From: the human T2T-CHM13v2.0 reference genome, Homo sapiens
Length of the DNA: 64,000 nt
Assembly: GCF_009914755.1 (NCBI RefSeq)
Contig: NC_060941.1
Direction: 5' to 3' (one strand)
Shown here: piece after piece, positions 13,020 to 27,925 of the stretch
How positions within the stretch are numbered: position 1 is the first letter of the stretch
How the letters are laid out: each line of letters starts with the position of its first letter
The notes under the pieces: model-generated
Database searches by the model: none
The model's input: the letters and a program-made list of their open reading frames with translations, nothing else
Told to the model about the DNA's origin: nothing
Made by a program: the position numbers and the translations under genes

Positions 13020-13404
13020 GTCCTTCCTCTTTAGAGAGCAGTGAGGGTAGGAAGTGGGAAGAAGAGATTGGGATACGATTGTGAATATTAAGTTGATTTT
13101 TTTTCTCAAGTTACAATTTTTAAAAAATCTGTTTTAGACTTTTGCCAAGATCAGAGACAATCTCCTAAGTCTTCAGCAGGCAGTTTCTACCATCCTTGCC
13201 ATGAAAATGTTTTCATCTTTAGTATTGATTATGATTCAAAGATTTCATCATTCTATCTTTTCTAAATAATTTTTTAGACTACAAGAATCACAAGTTAAAG
13301 AGAATGGGGAGGAGAGGATTGTAAGATATAGATATTTAATGAAATCCACAAATAGAAAAAAATGTTTAGTTGCATCATATTAATCTGAACTGCAGAGCTC
13401 CATA

Positions 13405-13700
13405 AGAAATGGAGAGAGGTTGGTTAATGGCTACAAAAATACAGTTAGATAGAAGGGAAAAGATCTAGTGTTCAATAGTGAAGTAGAGAAAGGTAGTTCA
13501 CAATAATATGGTGCAATAGTTCAACATAGCCATAAGCTAACAATTGAAGTGTTCCCAACACAAAGGACAAATGTTTGAGATGATGGATATCCCAGTTACC
13601 CTGATGTGATCATTACAACATTGTATGCATGTATCAAAATATCACTTTCACTCCATAAATGTGTGCAACTTTTTAAATGTATCCACTTTTTAAAAGCTAA
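13405..13700 (+). mobile_element. L1MA-type 3' end fragment
   Basis: ggttggttaatggctacaaaaatacagttagatagaagg...gatggatatcccagttaccctgat. Confidence 0.75.
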
Positions 13701-15323
13701 AATACATATTTTTTAAAAGGAATCAGAGCTGCTCTCTTCTCTCTGGGGCCTCATGGTATCACCTACCTCTGTTGACCAGGCCAATCTATTTACTCTCCAG
13801 ATTGCATATGTCCCAAAATGGCAGCTACAGGCATCAAGGATTAGACATTTTCGCTCCTCTTTCCACTTGGGAAACCCACAAGGATTTCTAAACTCCGAAG
13901 AAAAAAAATTCACATGGTTCAAGTCTTTTTTCTTTGGCAGGCTACTGGTCAGCATACAAATGGGGTTCCTCAGATTGAAACACTTCTGGTTCCATTAGAT
14001 GTGACTCTAGCAGAGTTGTGGGAAGGGATAGGGTCAGAGGAACATCCAGGACTATGGGCAAGGACAGCTTACACATTCGGGAGCTGTGAATAGAAAAACA
14101 TAATGATTGACATTTTTAGCATAGTATTCATAGGCTTTTTCATTAAAAAGAAGAAGCATTATGAAATATTTCAAACATAGAGGAAAATAATATAATGAGT
14201 AACTATGTTTTGTCATGCACATTTAACTAATTTGAGTACATCAATTTTTGGTTCAGATTTTTATAGATTTTAAAGAAATAAATTACTTTAAATATAATTA
14301 AGTCTTCATATGCCCCCTTTCCTGGTCTGATTCTGCTCTATCATTCTCCCACAAAAAAATCACAATCCTGTATGCTTATCCTTGTTTTTCTCTATCAGTG
14401 AGCAATATCCGTCATTGCTTCATAATTTTTAAGTTTTCATAAATGATACCAAGCCATATGTGCCATTCTGTATTTTTTGTCAGTCAACATTATGTTTTTG
14501 AGATTTATCCAACTGAACATGTGGGTATGATTTGCTATTTTATCTCTAGGTAGTATTCCATTGCATGAATATATTGCTATTTTCATTCATTCATTCATTC
14601 TATTGGTGAAAAATTAGGTTGTTGCCAATTTTTGCTATAAAAAAATACTGCAATGATTATCCTTGTAGCCTCATGTACCTGGGCAGAATTTTCTCCAGGA
14701 TACCAAGATGTAAACTTATTGGATTATAAGGTATATATCTCATTAATATTACCAGATAATGCCAAATTACCCTCCTAGGGTTGACCAGTTTACATTCCTA
14801 TGAGCAGGTCATGTAAGTTTCGGTTTCTCCAAATCTTTGCCAACATGGGTTATTTTCAGACCTCAAAATTTTTCTTCAATATGATGGGAGTAAAATGGTG
14901 TGTCATTTTTCCAGTTTTCAATTCCCAAATTTCTAGTGAAATTGAGCATCTTTTAATATGTTTCTTGGTCATATTTTTGTGAATTGCTTATTCACATATT
15001 TTACTATTTTTTAATGAGTTACTATTTTATTTTTATGGTTTTGTATAAGTGAATTATCTCTTCCATTTAGTAATCTATTGTATGTTATATGCAAATACAT
15101 TTTCCAACTCTGTTTTTGGCCTGTTTTTTTTAACTTTTTGTAGAATAATTTTAATTATAGAGACATTGACATTCTAACATAATCTATATTTTTAAGATTT
15201 TCATTTAAGACTTTTTAATTTCCTACTTTGATGATGTAAAGATATGCTTCTGTACACTGTTATGTAAGTTTTAAAGTTTTGATTTCACATTTGTGTTTTT
15301 TATCTATATGAAAGTTACATTTT

Positions 15324-15468
15324 CTGGAGGCTGAGGCAGGAGGATCACTTGAGCCTAAGAGTTCAAGTCTGCAGTGAGCTATGATTGTGCCACTGCACTC
15401 CAGCTTGACCAACAGAGTGAGACCCTGTTCTAAAACAAACAAACAAACAAATAAAACAACAAAAAAAA
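15324..15468 (+). mobile_element. 5'-truncated AluJ right arm / FRAM-like monomer
   Basis: Alu right-arm sequence with an A-rich tail; perfect 14-bp TSD gaaagttacatttt at 15310-15323 and 15469-15482. Confidence 0.9.
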
Positions 15469-15722
15469 GAAAGTTACATTTTGTATGCTGTGAAGTAGGG
15501 GGTCTAACTTTATATTTTTCTTGCAGAAAATCAACTCATCCAGCATGATGTAACAAATAAATAGTCCATGATTTCCCCATGGAATTGCTATGCTATCTCT
15601 ATCATGAACTTGCTTTCCATATGTCTGGATCTTTTTCTGAGGGATCTACTCTGTTCAAATAGTCTATTGATCATTGTCTGACCCAAAGGCACATTCTCTT
15701 AAAATACTGTAGCATTAAATTA

Positions 15723-16281
15723 CAGCAATCTCCCCTTATCCATGAGGAGTAAGTTGCAAGACCCCTAGTGGATGGTTGAAACTGCAAAAAGTACCAAAAC
15801 CCATACTATATATACTATGTCTTTTCCTATGCGAGTGTACCTATGATAAAGTTTAATTTAAAACTTAGGTACAGTAAGAGATTAATAACAATAGTAAAAT
15901 AGAACAATTAAAACAATATGCCACTATCACTAGTCTTCTGCTTTGGGGCCATTATTAAGTAAAATAAGGATTACTTATAAACATAAGCACTGCAATACCA
16001 TGGATACTCAGACAATGAATTTCATAACCAAGATGGCTATTAAGTGATTAAGGGGCAGGTAGCATATTCAGTGTGGATATGCTGGACAGAGAGAGGATTC
16101 ATGCCAGGCTGGGACAAAGTGGGATGGTGTGAGACTTCATCACCGTACTCAGAATGGTGTACCATTTAAAATGAACAGTTATTTATTTCTGGAATTTTTC
16201 ACTTAATACTCTTGGTATACTGTTTGACCGCTGTTAACTTAAACCACAGAAAATGAAACTGTGAGTAAGGTAGGGCTGCTG
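15723..16281. mobile_element. MER44B-like Tigger-derived DNA transposon
   Basis: TA|cagcaatctccccttatcc ... gtaaggtagggctgctg|TA termini; internal sequence matches recalled MER44. Confidence 0.8.
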
Positions 16282-19200
16282 TAATTTTTCATAGCTGATA
16301 GGACAAGATTCTGTACCTAGATCTTTTTCTTCACTATTACCTATATCTTCTCTGTCTTTTAATTTCTTGTGTGACTTTTAAGATTGGTCTGTCAATTTCC
16401 ACAAAAATCTCTATAAGAATTTTGATGAAATTATATAGAATTTATATTCAGGAGAATTGGCATCTTTGTTATACTGTACTATTCCGTCCATGGGTATAAC
16501 ATATTGTATAATATACTTAATCTTTTATAAACTTTAAAAATGTTTTATAGTATTCTCTACAAAACTCTGAAACATCTTTTGATATATTTATTAGTATAGG
16601 TTTTTATGTGAATGATCTTTATTCTATACTTTTAAAAATAGTTATTTTGCTATCTAGGAATACAATTGATTTTCATGTTTGATTTTTAATGCAGCAACAC
16701 TACTAATCTCTCTAATTTTTAATGTATCTGTAGATTATTCAAAGATTGTCTACAATCATATACTCTACAAATAAGAATAATTTTGTATCATGCTTTCTAA
16801 AATTCTTTGAGCCTCTGATTTTGTTGGTTTTATTGCATTGCCTTGGGTCTTTAATTCATGTTGAATACCAGGATAATGACAGCCATTCTTGACTTGTCTC
16901 GGACTTTAGTAAGAATTTATTTAAAATTTCACAGTTAGGAATAATGTGTGCTGTATGTTTTTTGTTAAATGACTTCTATTAGGTTAAGAAAAAGTCTTCT
17001 CATTCCTTGTTTACTAGGATTTTTTTAAAAAAACATGATTGTGTATTTAATTTTATCAAATCTTTTTCTGCCTCTATGGAGATGATGCTATGATTTTGTT
17101 CTGTGTTCCTTTCATGTGAAATATTCATAGATTTTCTGACGTTAAACTATTATTGCATTCTTGGCATAAACTCTACTTGGTAATGCTTTTTTAAAATGTA
17201 TTGCTATACAATTTGCAAATGTTCCATTCAATTTTTCTCATTTATGTTCACTTGTAAGAATAGTCTATAATTTTCTTTTGTTGTTGTGGTTGTCATTATG
17301 TTCTTTTTTACACTTATTTAGCATTGAATTTCTTTGTGCTTTGGGAATTTTATGAATATCTTACTTTCTTTGAGACTTTCCTCTCTTTCTCTTCCTCCCT
17401 CCATCTCACTCTCCTTAGCCCTCCTTATCTAAAGATTTTGCTGTTGCCTCTACTGAGGGCCTCACCCAAGACTGCCAGTCCAACAATACCTTTAATAGGG
17501 GATTATGCTCCTGCTCCATGGTGATATTGGGAATATCCAAGAGCCAAGCCTCCAAGCTAGTGATAGTTTGGCTCAGTTGCTGCCTGTAAGGTGAAGCCAG
17601 TGTTTCCAGCCTTCCTGGGCCACAACTCAATAGTCCCAAGGACAGCGAACTTTTTCTGCCTCCTTTGAGAAACTGAGAAGACCTACATTAACTCCTGGTT
17701 TCAAGTAGTAAGCCCATCTTCAGATACCTACTTAATATGAAGCATTTTTACTTTGTAGTAAACTACAGTTGCTAAACTCCTAGCCCTCCCTAATTCTAGT
17801 CCTTCCTAGCCCTGATTCCAGATGGAAGCCCAGGTGGCTAAGGGCTTCACCTTCACCCCCATCCCATCCCCTGTTTATCTCCTTAGTTTTCGGTTTAACT
17901 TATGATCTGTAGAATGATGTATACACGCACACATACACACATACAGGCATGCATTTTAAATCTGGAATTAGGTTTAATCTCCAAATGAACTAAGGAGTGT
18001 TTCAAGAATGTTAGGTTTTTAATTAAAATTAGAAATCTATGTAATTATCATGTTCTGTAGTTCTGGGCCTTTGAAGACATTTTTAGTTAAATGAAACTTC
18101 ATTGTATTGGGGTGGAGAAGCCAGTTAGCCCTAGTTTAGCCACAGACCCTCAGGAACTATCAGGGGTGGGGAGTGGAGGGGGTCACTATGAAAGCAGGAA
18201 GGTGGAGATAGGGTGCTGTTTGGAGAGAAGTTCTGAGTGGCATACATAGAATGTGGCATGTGGCAGAAAAGGAGTGGTGACTATAAAATACTGTGTAAGT
18301 GATGAGCTTTCTTTCTCTACTCATATCTTGTAAACTTCAATACATTAATTTCAAAAATATGTATCAACATGTACTATTTGTCAGACACTGTGCTAGGTGA
18401 AGTCAATAAAAAAAGACAAGACAATGCCTATTCCCTTAAGGAGCTTATATTCCAGTGGAAAAGGTAAAGTGAAGATAGGGCAGAATAGCTGTAAGGGAAT
18501 ATTTCCTCAGTAAGATTTGACATAGCATTCCCTGTGTGCTGGTACCCAAAGTCACATGCCTAGAAGACAGGACTAGGTTCCATGACTCAAAGTGATCACA
18601 TCATGAACTTCTCAATCTTCAACTCTCAGGGTCCAGCAGCCAAAGGAGAGAATGAAATTACTCAGCTTAGAAGGGTTTTCTCAATACCAAGATATGAGAA
18701 ATCTGAATGAGTGAGTGATGTTACCATTCATCTTTATGTTTTTTGGATTTTTGTGCTTGAAACTATATGCTGAGTCATTTCATGAATCCAGGCAGGCTGC
18801 ATATAGCCAGCAGGTAAGGAATGAGCATTGCTGGTTCCAGACAACCTCAGCAGAGCAGTTAGAGCTGTACTTACTAAGAGTACCAGCAGGGTATAGAGCG
18901 TAAAGAGACCAAGCTTCCTAGAATTCCCATTGTGGCTCTCTGAAGCTTGTCCCAATTTGCTCCTCAGTAAAATAGAGAATTTAAGCCACCGCTTTGTGTT
19001 TGGAAGGGTTTAATTTAGACAAGTATCACTCAGATGGCCATTTTTTTTGTTCCATTCAAATTTCAACACATTTCCTTAGTCTTTGTAATTAAGGTTTTTC
19101 TAATTTCAACATATGTTTCCCAAAAGAGGCTTTCAATAATATTGAATATATGAACCATACATTGCTTACTTGTCTGTAGCCCCTTGAAATTTGCTCCACA

Positions 19201-20394
19201 TTTTTTGGATGTAACTCCAAAAAACCCTATTTTTATTTCAAATTCTTTATATTCAGTAGTCTATTTCTGTAATAGACAAATTTAACTGTGTGTCATTCTG
19301 GAAAATAAAAACAGCTAAATCATGTGAGAAATGTTATATGCCTTTCCACACAATGATCCTTTACCAGGCACAGGAATCAGTGGAGGATCTGAACCTGTGG
19401 TTCCTCATGTAATTGATTCCCTGCCCTTTATAACTCTCATAAAGAGCTTGTCAGGTAGACAGTGAATCTAGTATTTAGAGGGTTTTTTCCTTTGTTTGTT
19501 TGTTCTAACATCATGGCACCTCAACAGAAGACAACTACTTTATCTGGTTCTCACCAGTGATCCTTCCTGCCACACTTCTGCTGGACTTCTTGAAAGATGG
19601 TTCTGTAGTGTACTTTATGGGTGATTTAATGAAATTTCACTGCTAGTTTTGACAATTGATTATTTTTACCTTACATGCTAACTTTAAACCCTAAATCCCA
19701 TATGAACTGTGACTTGATAGCAATTCTAAAATTTCATCAGTAATATTTTAAAGCTGATAGCAAACACTTATAGTAATACTGTTTTATCTGGATAAAAATT
19801 CATTTATAACGTTTTAAAGTAGAAACATTCTAGTCCTCTTTAATTATGTCATTAAAATGAAGAAGAAACAGAAGTGGAAGCTAGGAGACACTATCAAGGG
19901 AAAAGCACTTTTCTGAGGAAACCAGAGAGTCCTACTTTGACATTTCAACACAGACCTTCAGGAGCCCTGCTGGTAATTGGTTTTTGTAGCTTTGTTATAG
20001 CACTAAGTCATGTTTTATGGACTCTTTTAATAGGAGAGCTTTGTTACAATGTATTAAAAAAGAAGACAAAGACAGGTAGCATCAATCTACCAAAAGGTCA
20101 AAGAGAAAAAAGCAGATGGACCTCTTCCCCTGAATCAAGTTAAAATGGTCCTGCCTATCAGAAGATAGCATCTCTTTATAGACACATATATATAATTTTT
20201 CCAGAAACAGGCACCTGCAATCAAAGTTCCTCCTTTCTATAGTTCCACACCACCACTGCCTCTAATCAGATGAGTCAGTAGGAGTTACAATGTGATTCCA
20301 AACTGCAACCGAAATATAACTTGGGATACTCAGAGGTCTTCTTCCTAATTTGCTTGTTTGGAGCAAGTCTGACTCATTCACAGTATCATGGGCA

Positions 20395-20434
20395 ATCACT
20401 TCTTGGCCTTTTGGCTATGATCAAGTGTAGTATC
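20395..20434 (+). pseudogene. 3'-truncated U2 snRNA retrocopy (U2 nt 1-40)
   Basis: ATCACTTCTTGGCCTTTTGGCTATGATCAAGTGTAGTATC vs U2 ATCGCTTCTCGGCCTTTTGGCTAAGATCAAGTGTAGTATC (37/40); 13-bp direct repeat agtatcatgggca at 20382-20394 and 20429-20441. Confidence 0.93.
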
Positions 20435-21659
20435 ATGGGCAGCGGCTTAGTGAGGGTTGAACCGAGAACTTTTATCTGTTCATCTCCTAAGAAAATAATC
20501 TGCTCTATTCCCTTCTGTGAATAAAAAAGAAAGAAAATAATATGTTCAAAGATATCAAGTCCCTAACAGATACATTATAATATTAGCCATTGACCCGCTT
20601 TTGTAACTAAAGTTAATGGCTACAGCTCAGGCTATGCGTGTTGGACCTATTTGGTTTCTAGCCTTTTCTTAGTATTTTCTTTACAAACTCCTTGTGCAAT
20701 TTTTTTTCCCTGGTGGAGCACATGCCTTGAAGGACTTAGCCTACTAAGTAAATAGTTAATTAACAATAAATGTTATAATTTTTATTAATCAAAACTGGAA
20801 ATTGCCAATCAGAACTTTGATTTGGCTGATGTCATATGTGAGTTGTTACAATTCCATAAAAAAACAAAGAAACTTCACATTTTCAATTAGATTTAAAAAA
20901 AAAACGCAGGCCATTTCCTTTGATATATGTAATACATAACTAATAATTATGATGTAATCTGGTACGTGAATGTTAAAGGGTAGACATACATGTTGTAGGG
21001 GAGTTTCTATTCAGAGAAACTGAAAAAGCATTATAAAATTCCCAGTTACATCTTCCCTTTTATGTACAAGCTTCAAGCATCAATTACTTATCCCAGAGTT
21101 CTGTTTAATTTTTCTTTACCAGAAAACACAGTTAACTAGCTTATGTCAAAAGAACATCAAGCTGAAGTTAAAGATCTGTTGCTTTCAACATGTAGAATGG
21201 TTTCCTTCTTAAATCTGTGCTTATTACTAGAATCCTATCTATCATTTTTTCATTTTCCATTCATTTTTATAAAATAACAACAAAAATACAATAAGCTACT
21301 CAGATAATTGACAAATAAACGCTGCTTTGCAGAAAACATTGGCATTGCCGTGAAATCTGATTGGCAAGCAGCACCACATAAAGAAAACTTGAAATGGTTC
21401 TTTGATAAGCTAAGGCACAAGTCTGAATTTGACACAGGAAAGGAAATTTAGGGATTTAAATGTATAGTATACAAAAATACAGGTCATTTGAAAGTTAAAC
21501 TTTTAAAACTTGAGCACCACATGTATTGGAAGTAAGACACAGACTTTTCACAGATATTTCAGGCCTTGGGCTAACAACCCTAGGTAAAAACAAACAAACA
21601 AATCAACAAACAAAACGAAGATAAATACTTCAGAGTGATGCAAGTAGCTACATAGTAGA

Positions 21660-21900
21660 AATTTATTGTTTTGAGCATTTATTAGGTGCCAGGCATTAAA
21701 ATGAGTATTTTATACCAGTGATTTTTCCTAATTACCTGATTTAATCCTATCAATAACACCACAAAATAAGGATTACATTTTATAGAAGAAATTGAAGGTC
21801 AAAGAGGAATCATTTTGCCCAAGATCACATGTAACTAGAAAATGGAAGAACTAGAATCAAAATCAAGTCTGAGACCAAAACCCATGCTTTCTTCCACACT
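21660..21900 (-). mobile_element. MIR SINE
   Basis: ttgagcatttattaggtgccaggc...tttgcccaagatcacat core motifs. Confidence 0.6.
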
Positions 21901-22929
21901 GACTTGCCTCCTTCTTAAGATTGTCTATTAAAACTAAATAAAATTGTTACATTTCCCCAGACTTCTAACTTCACCTTGGTATGTTTTCTTCAAAGCCCCA
22001 TTCTAGAAAATTTCTTAGACAATGGTTAGCAGGGTCCTGTTTGTTGCCTATATCAAATGTATAAAAAGCAATATTGTTTTAACTACTGTTAATTCTGGAG
22101 AAGACTTGGACAGAGCAGTGTCTTCCAATCAGACTTGTCTAAACAACATTTGAATGCAACACATTGTCATTTCAGAAGAAAATGATGCAATTTACTTAGT
22201 CGTCAGCAACCATGAGGTCTTCAGGAAGACAGATTAAAAGAAGTAACATTGCTGGAGCCTGGCCTTTTGGTCCATTACATCATTGACTCTTCACCGTAAT
22301 CTTTTAGGTAGATATCATGATTACCATCCCACAGATGGTCTTAGAGAAGTTAACAAGATCAAGTTAACACACTGGGTACTTGAACCCAGCCTCTGCCCTT
22401 AGAGGCTCACCTCATGATACAGAGTATGAGAAGCCTTGGTGCATGCACCTGCAGAGAGAAGAAGAGGTAATAGACCTCTTCTCTGGCAGATGTGTGTCCC
22501 TCTACTACCAAATATTGCTGTTGTCTCATGTTCCCCCAAAGTTTGTTCTGCTTCTCATTCATTAGTATACACAATCTCATAGTTTCCATTTATTGTACAA
22601 CAGTCTGTGCCAGTTACTTGACTATGTTCCTAATGTATATTATGTCTGGATAAATATTTGTTGAATGAATATAAGACTTTATACATCATTTAATGATCAG
22701 AACAATATTATGAGGCTTACATTACTATTTTCACATAGGTGGAAGGCAGAGGTGAATCGAGGCCATGCAGTGTGAGTAGAGGATCTGGAATTTAAGCATC
22801 TACCAGACCCCAAAGCCTATCCTCTGCCCAGGAATGACTCTACGCAGAGATTACTCTTAATGGAGATTTTGCTTCTAGGCTCTGAGAATTAGATTTTATT
22901 ACATTTGGTTTGGAAATCTATTTAACACT

Positions 22930-23150
22930 TGTCATGGTTTCCCCAGAAGCAGATCCTAGGGGAAGGATGAAAGTACATGTGGTTTATTAGGAGGTGATCC
23001 CAGGAAACATGAGTAAGAGAGTAGGGAAGTGAGTGACAAAAGGGAAGACAGCCAAAAAGGTCCATTATCCAACAAATTCACATTGTGAGCAACCAAACTT
23101 AATCCGGCTGGAGTGACTAGGACCAATTGCACAGGGGAGGTGGTGAGGAG
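22930..23150 (-). mobile_element. LTR16-family (ERVL) LTR fragment
   Basis: ggtttcccccagaagcagatcc...gtttattaggaggtgatcccaggaa resembles the recalled LTR16 3' end in antisense. Confidence 0.55.
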
Positions 23151-23328
23151 AACACTGTCATGTGGAAACAGCTTAGAATAGCGCTGAAAAATTCCAGGTC
23201 ACCTACAGTTTGGTTAGAACAGCTCGGGGTATCATTCAGCAAGTAATTTACCTATAGTGAAGATCATCCTAACCTTTGAAATTTTCCTAAGAGAATGTTG
23301 TTGAAAGACATAAAAGAAACTCTGAAGT

Positions 23329-23617
<289 letters not shown>

Positions 23618-25266
23618 TTAATTTCTCATCTGCAAATTCAAAGGAAATCTAATAAAAATCCCAACAGGATTATTCATAGGACTTGATAAACTCATTTGAA
23701 ACTCCATATGGAAGAACAAAAGTCCCAGAATAGCCAAGACAATTTAAAAAATAAAATAAAGGTTAGGCAAACTTTCTATGAATAGACAGCTAGACTTACC
23801 AAGTTGCAGCCATTAAGGTAGTATGTATTGTCCCAGGGATGCTGGACTAGGATAGAGATCTCAGACATGGACCCATAGAGGGCCCTGGTAAACAAAAGTG
23901 GAGGTCATGAGACATCAGTGGGGAATGGTAGATTGTTCAGTGCTGTGGATCTGTTGGTTTTTTGTAAGGAGGTAAATTAGGAGAGGATTTTACTTTTTCC
24001 CATATAGAAAGCCAACTGCCCCACCTCACTGATGGAGATGTAGTCACTGGGGCAGTTTCCAGGGCTTCTGGATTTTCTGCTGCACCATTGTTAGCATTAT
24101 TTCCAAGGAAAAAACAAACTTCTGTGGAATGGTGTTACTGTACACATTTATACAGTGGTTGAAACAAAGGTAAAGACGTTGGAGCCCCACTTGCTTAGCT
24201 TCCCCTTGATACACCCACCCCCAGCATATCCATAGGAACAGAGGCCCATTTTCTCATTAAAAAATGGAGCAGAAAAGACAACAATAACCCAAGGATACTC
24301 CCTTCTGTATTTCCTTTGGAAACTTGGAGTCCAAAAAACCCAGTTTTACTCTTCATTTAGAATCCAGTGTTGAGATACACCTATTTAAAACATTCCATGG
24401 ACCCTCCTCTCGTATATTTTGTCCACTTCAAAATGCATGGCAAGTAAGGCTTCATCTTACATGAGCACTACAATCCACTGCAACAGTGGTTCAAATGATC
24501 CTAAAGCCACAGCGCAGCTATTGAAAAAGAAGGGCAGAGTCATGTCTGCCATAGGCACACTAGGGGAAGGTGATGGCATACTTGCCAAGAATTTATCCTT
24601 CTTTAACTGACATGTTCCTATCCAAAAATAAAAACATGATTATTACATCATTAACCCAGGGAGCTTGATATTAATATTGAAAATAGTAAATCACTATCAA
24701 TTTCTGCACACAGAGTATTTTTTCTTAAAGCATCTATGCCACACAAACTAGATCTATACATCATATCACAGCTCTTCTTAAGTGATGGGAAAAGGGTACC
24801 CTCAAGAGTTAATTGCCTTGAGCAAGCCAACAGTTGATTAGGAAATATGGTGTTCAGCCCAAGGTTTCCCTTCTCAGTACAATAGACCATTATGTATGAC
24901 CATTTTTTAAAATGGTATAACTATCATTGATTATCATCTGAAGCTTTATTACTTTTTAACAATTTGGACAATTTTTCCCATGCAGGAAAGTTGGAGGACA
25001 AGCTAAACCCATCACATCATTTTATTTATTGAGTGTATTTATACTTCAACTCTTTCCAGAAACAAGTTGAAACTGCTTACCACAGAGCCAGATATAATCT
25101 CGTTAACAGCAAAATAAAGATTGGTAATTTTTTTTTTCCCAAAGAAAGCTAAATTGTATTTAGTCAGTATTTCTTTAACTGGTTTCCTTTAACATGAGAG
25201 CTATGCATAGCTTTGCAATGGCATAAAATAATGTTTCAGCTGTCACATAGAAAAAGTGCTTCTGAA

Positions 25267-25548
25267 GGCTGACCACAGTGGCTCATGCCTATAAACCCAG
25301 CACTTTGGGAGGCCAAGGTGGGCAGATCATTTGAGTCCAGGAGTTCGAGACCAGCCTGACCAACATGGTGAAACCTCTGTCTCCACTAAAAATACAAAAC
25401 ATTAGCCAGGCATGGTGGCACATGCCTGTCATCCCAGCTACTAGAGAGGCTGAGGGATGAGAATCACTTGAACTCAGGAGTCAGAGGTTGCAGTGAGCTG
25501 AGATCACACCACTGCACTCCAGCCTGGGCAATAGAGTGAGACTCTGAC
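25267..25548 (+). mobile_element. Alu (S/J type) with degenerate tail
   Basis: Full dimer body; no clean polyA remains. Confidence 0.9.
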
Positions 25549-26649
25549 AACACAATATCTGACCCAAAGAGTAAAGTAATAAATGAAATCTTATTAAAGT
25601 GCATGCAATTGGTTTTCTTAAAAATGAAGCCTCTGTTTGGGGCAGGTTTTTTTCTAAATAAGCCAACATTTGACTTAATTGCACATAGATCAGGAGAGAC
25701 TTTTGTGAAGCAGCTAGCAGAGTATGTGAATCTCTCCCTACTCAAAAGGTTTGTCCCCATTGTCCAAGGTTCCAGATTAGGCATCCACCTCAGAACTGCA
25801 CAGTGTTTATTTTTACTTACTTGTTTTGATGGTAACAACCAAGCATTTGACCTCATCTCATTTGTTTTGATTCCCACTCCAGGTGAAATTTGAAAGCTAA
25901 CATGGAAATGCATGTTCTATCAGGAGAGTTAAAAGAAGAGAAAAAAAGTTACCAATACTCCTAGCCTCTGTAAAAAGAGATCTCTGAGACCCTACAAAAG
26001 AATCCTAAATTTGAAAAGCTATTCAAGAATGTATTCATCCACTCATTCATCCTTCTATCTATTTAGTAAATGCTTACTGCATGCCTACTCTCCTTAGGAT
26101 ATGGAGAAGGATGAATTGCAGAGATATCTGTTAGAATATAAACTCCCTAGAAGGTGCCAAGCTGGCTCAAGGCAATTAACTGTCAGATATTTATTTGTGA
26201 ATTACAGACTCTGGCTTAACCACGGAATAATGGAGGATCATAAGCTAGCTTCCATTTGCTATTCAGAGCCTTTGTGAGTTGATTATATCTGCTCAGAGAA
26301 TGCAAATTCCTTTATAAATCTAAGGTTGTGACTACTGAAAGTAACTTTCATCATGTATTTCCACTTCTTCATTCTATAGCTGAAGAAACAGAAGACCTGG
26401 AGGTAATAAAGTGATTTGTTCAAGTTACACAGCTAACCAATGATGGAACCAAGACTAGAATTCTTGGTAATATGCTCTTTTCACTACAGAGAAAATGAGG
26501 GCATAAAATCTGCAACATAATTATTTAAATGTATTTCTAGTCCAGTTGCATTTATTTGTTTGCTTGTTTGGTTTCCTCCTACTTCTTACAAGTTTTTTCT
26601 TTTAAATTTTAAATACTTACAGTGTAATATGATAAAAATAATAATTGAT

Positions 26650-26852
26650 GGACCAGGTATGGTGGCTCACACATGTAATCCTACCACTCTTGGGAGTCCC
26701 ATGAGGGAGGATCACTTGAGGTCAAGAGTTTGAGACTAGACTGGGCAACGTAGTGAGACACCATCTCCACAAGTAATTTTTTAAAATTAGCTGGGCAGGG
26801 TGGTGCATGCCTGTAGTCCTGGCTACTAAGGAGAGTGAGGTGGGGGGATTGC
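26650..26852 (+). mobile_element. Partial duplicate copy of the adjacent AluJ
   Basis: Shares private mutations (gaccaggtatgg, gagactagactggg) with 26935-27136. Confidence 0.9.
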
Positions 26853-26934
26853 AGTATAATAAGATAATTGAAATACTTACAGTATAATAAGATAAAAATA
26901 CTTACAGTATAATAAGATAAAAATAATAATTGAT

Positions 26935-27226
26935 GGACCAGGTATGGTGGCTCACACGTGTAATCCCACCACTCTTGGAGCCCCACGAGGGAGGATCACT
27001 TGAGGCCAAGAGTTTGAGACTAGACTGGGCAACATAGTGAGACCCCATCTCTACAAGTAATTTTTAAAAATTAGCTGGGTAGGGTGGTGCATGCCTGTAG
27101 TCCTGGCTACTCACGAGGGTGAGGTGGGGGGATTGCTTTAGCCCAGAAGTTTGAGGCTGTTAGTGAGCTATGTTTGTGTCACTGCATCCAACCTGGGTGA
27201 CAGAGCGAGACCTTGTCTTCAAATAA
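26935..27226 (+). mobile_element. AluJ, full length
   Basis: Diverged dimer with AluJ-type gggaggatcacttgagg; flanking repeat aataataattgatg. Confidence 0.9.
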
Positions 27227-27613
27227 TAATAATAATTGATGTAATCTAGAGTGAGAAAGAAGAGTGAGGAAAATCAAGTGAAGCAATAGGTAGCTTTAGT
27301 AAACTAAATGCACTGAAAAAGTTCTACACAGTTGCTAAAAATGGGCTACCAATTAATGCTGTACTTCCTAGCAGCAGAGAAAGGAAGAAAACATAAATTT
27401 TGGTTGGCATCAAATCAAAAGAGTCTAGACTCTCAGAAGAAATACAACTGCTCTCACCCTAAAGCCTCTATGAAATTTCTCCATTAGGGCCTCAGAAAAG
27501 ACATTGCTTCTATTAATTCAGCAGTGAATTCTGACAGGTTGTTTCCTGAGCCATTCTGAAGGCCAGTGGGTGTACAATGCCCAGGACAATGAAAACATCT
27601 GGACAAGAAGCCA

Positions 27614-27925
<312 letters not shown>

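Larger units (their letters stand above)
14140..17300 (-). mobile_element. Old, highly decayed L1M (L1ME/MD-like) fragments
   Basis: Antisense L1 3' UTR and ORF2 motifs (gtagtattccattgcatgaatat, gagcatcttttaatatgtttcttgg, cagccattcttgacttgtc); boundaries approximate. Confidence 0.65.
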
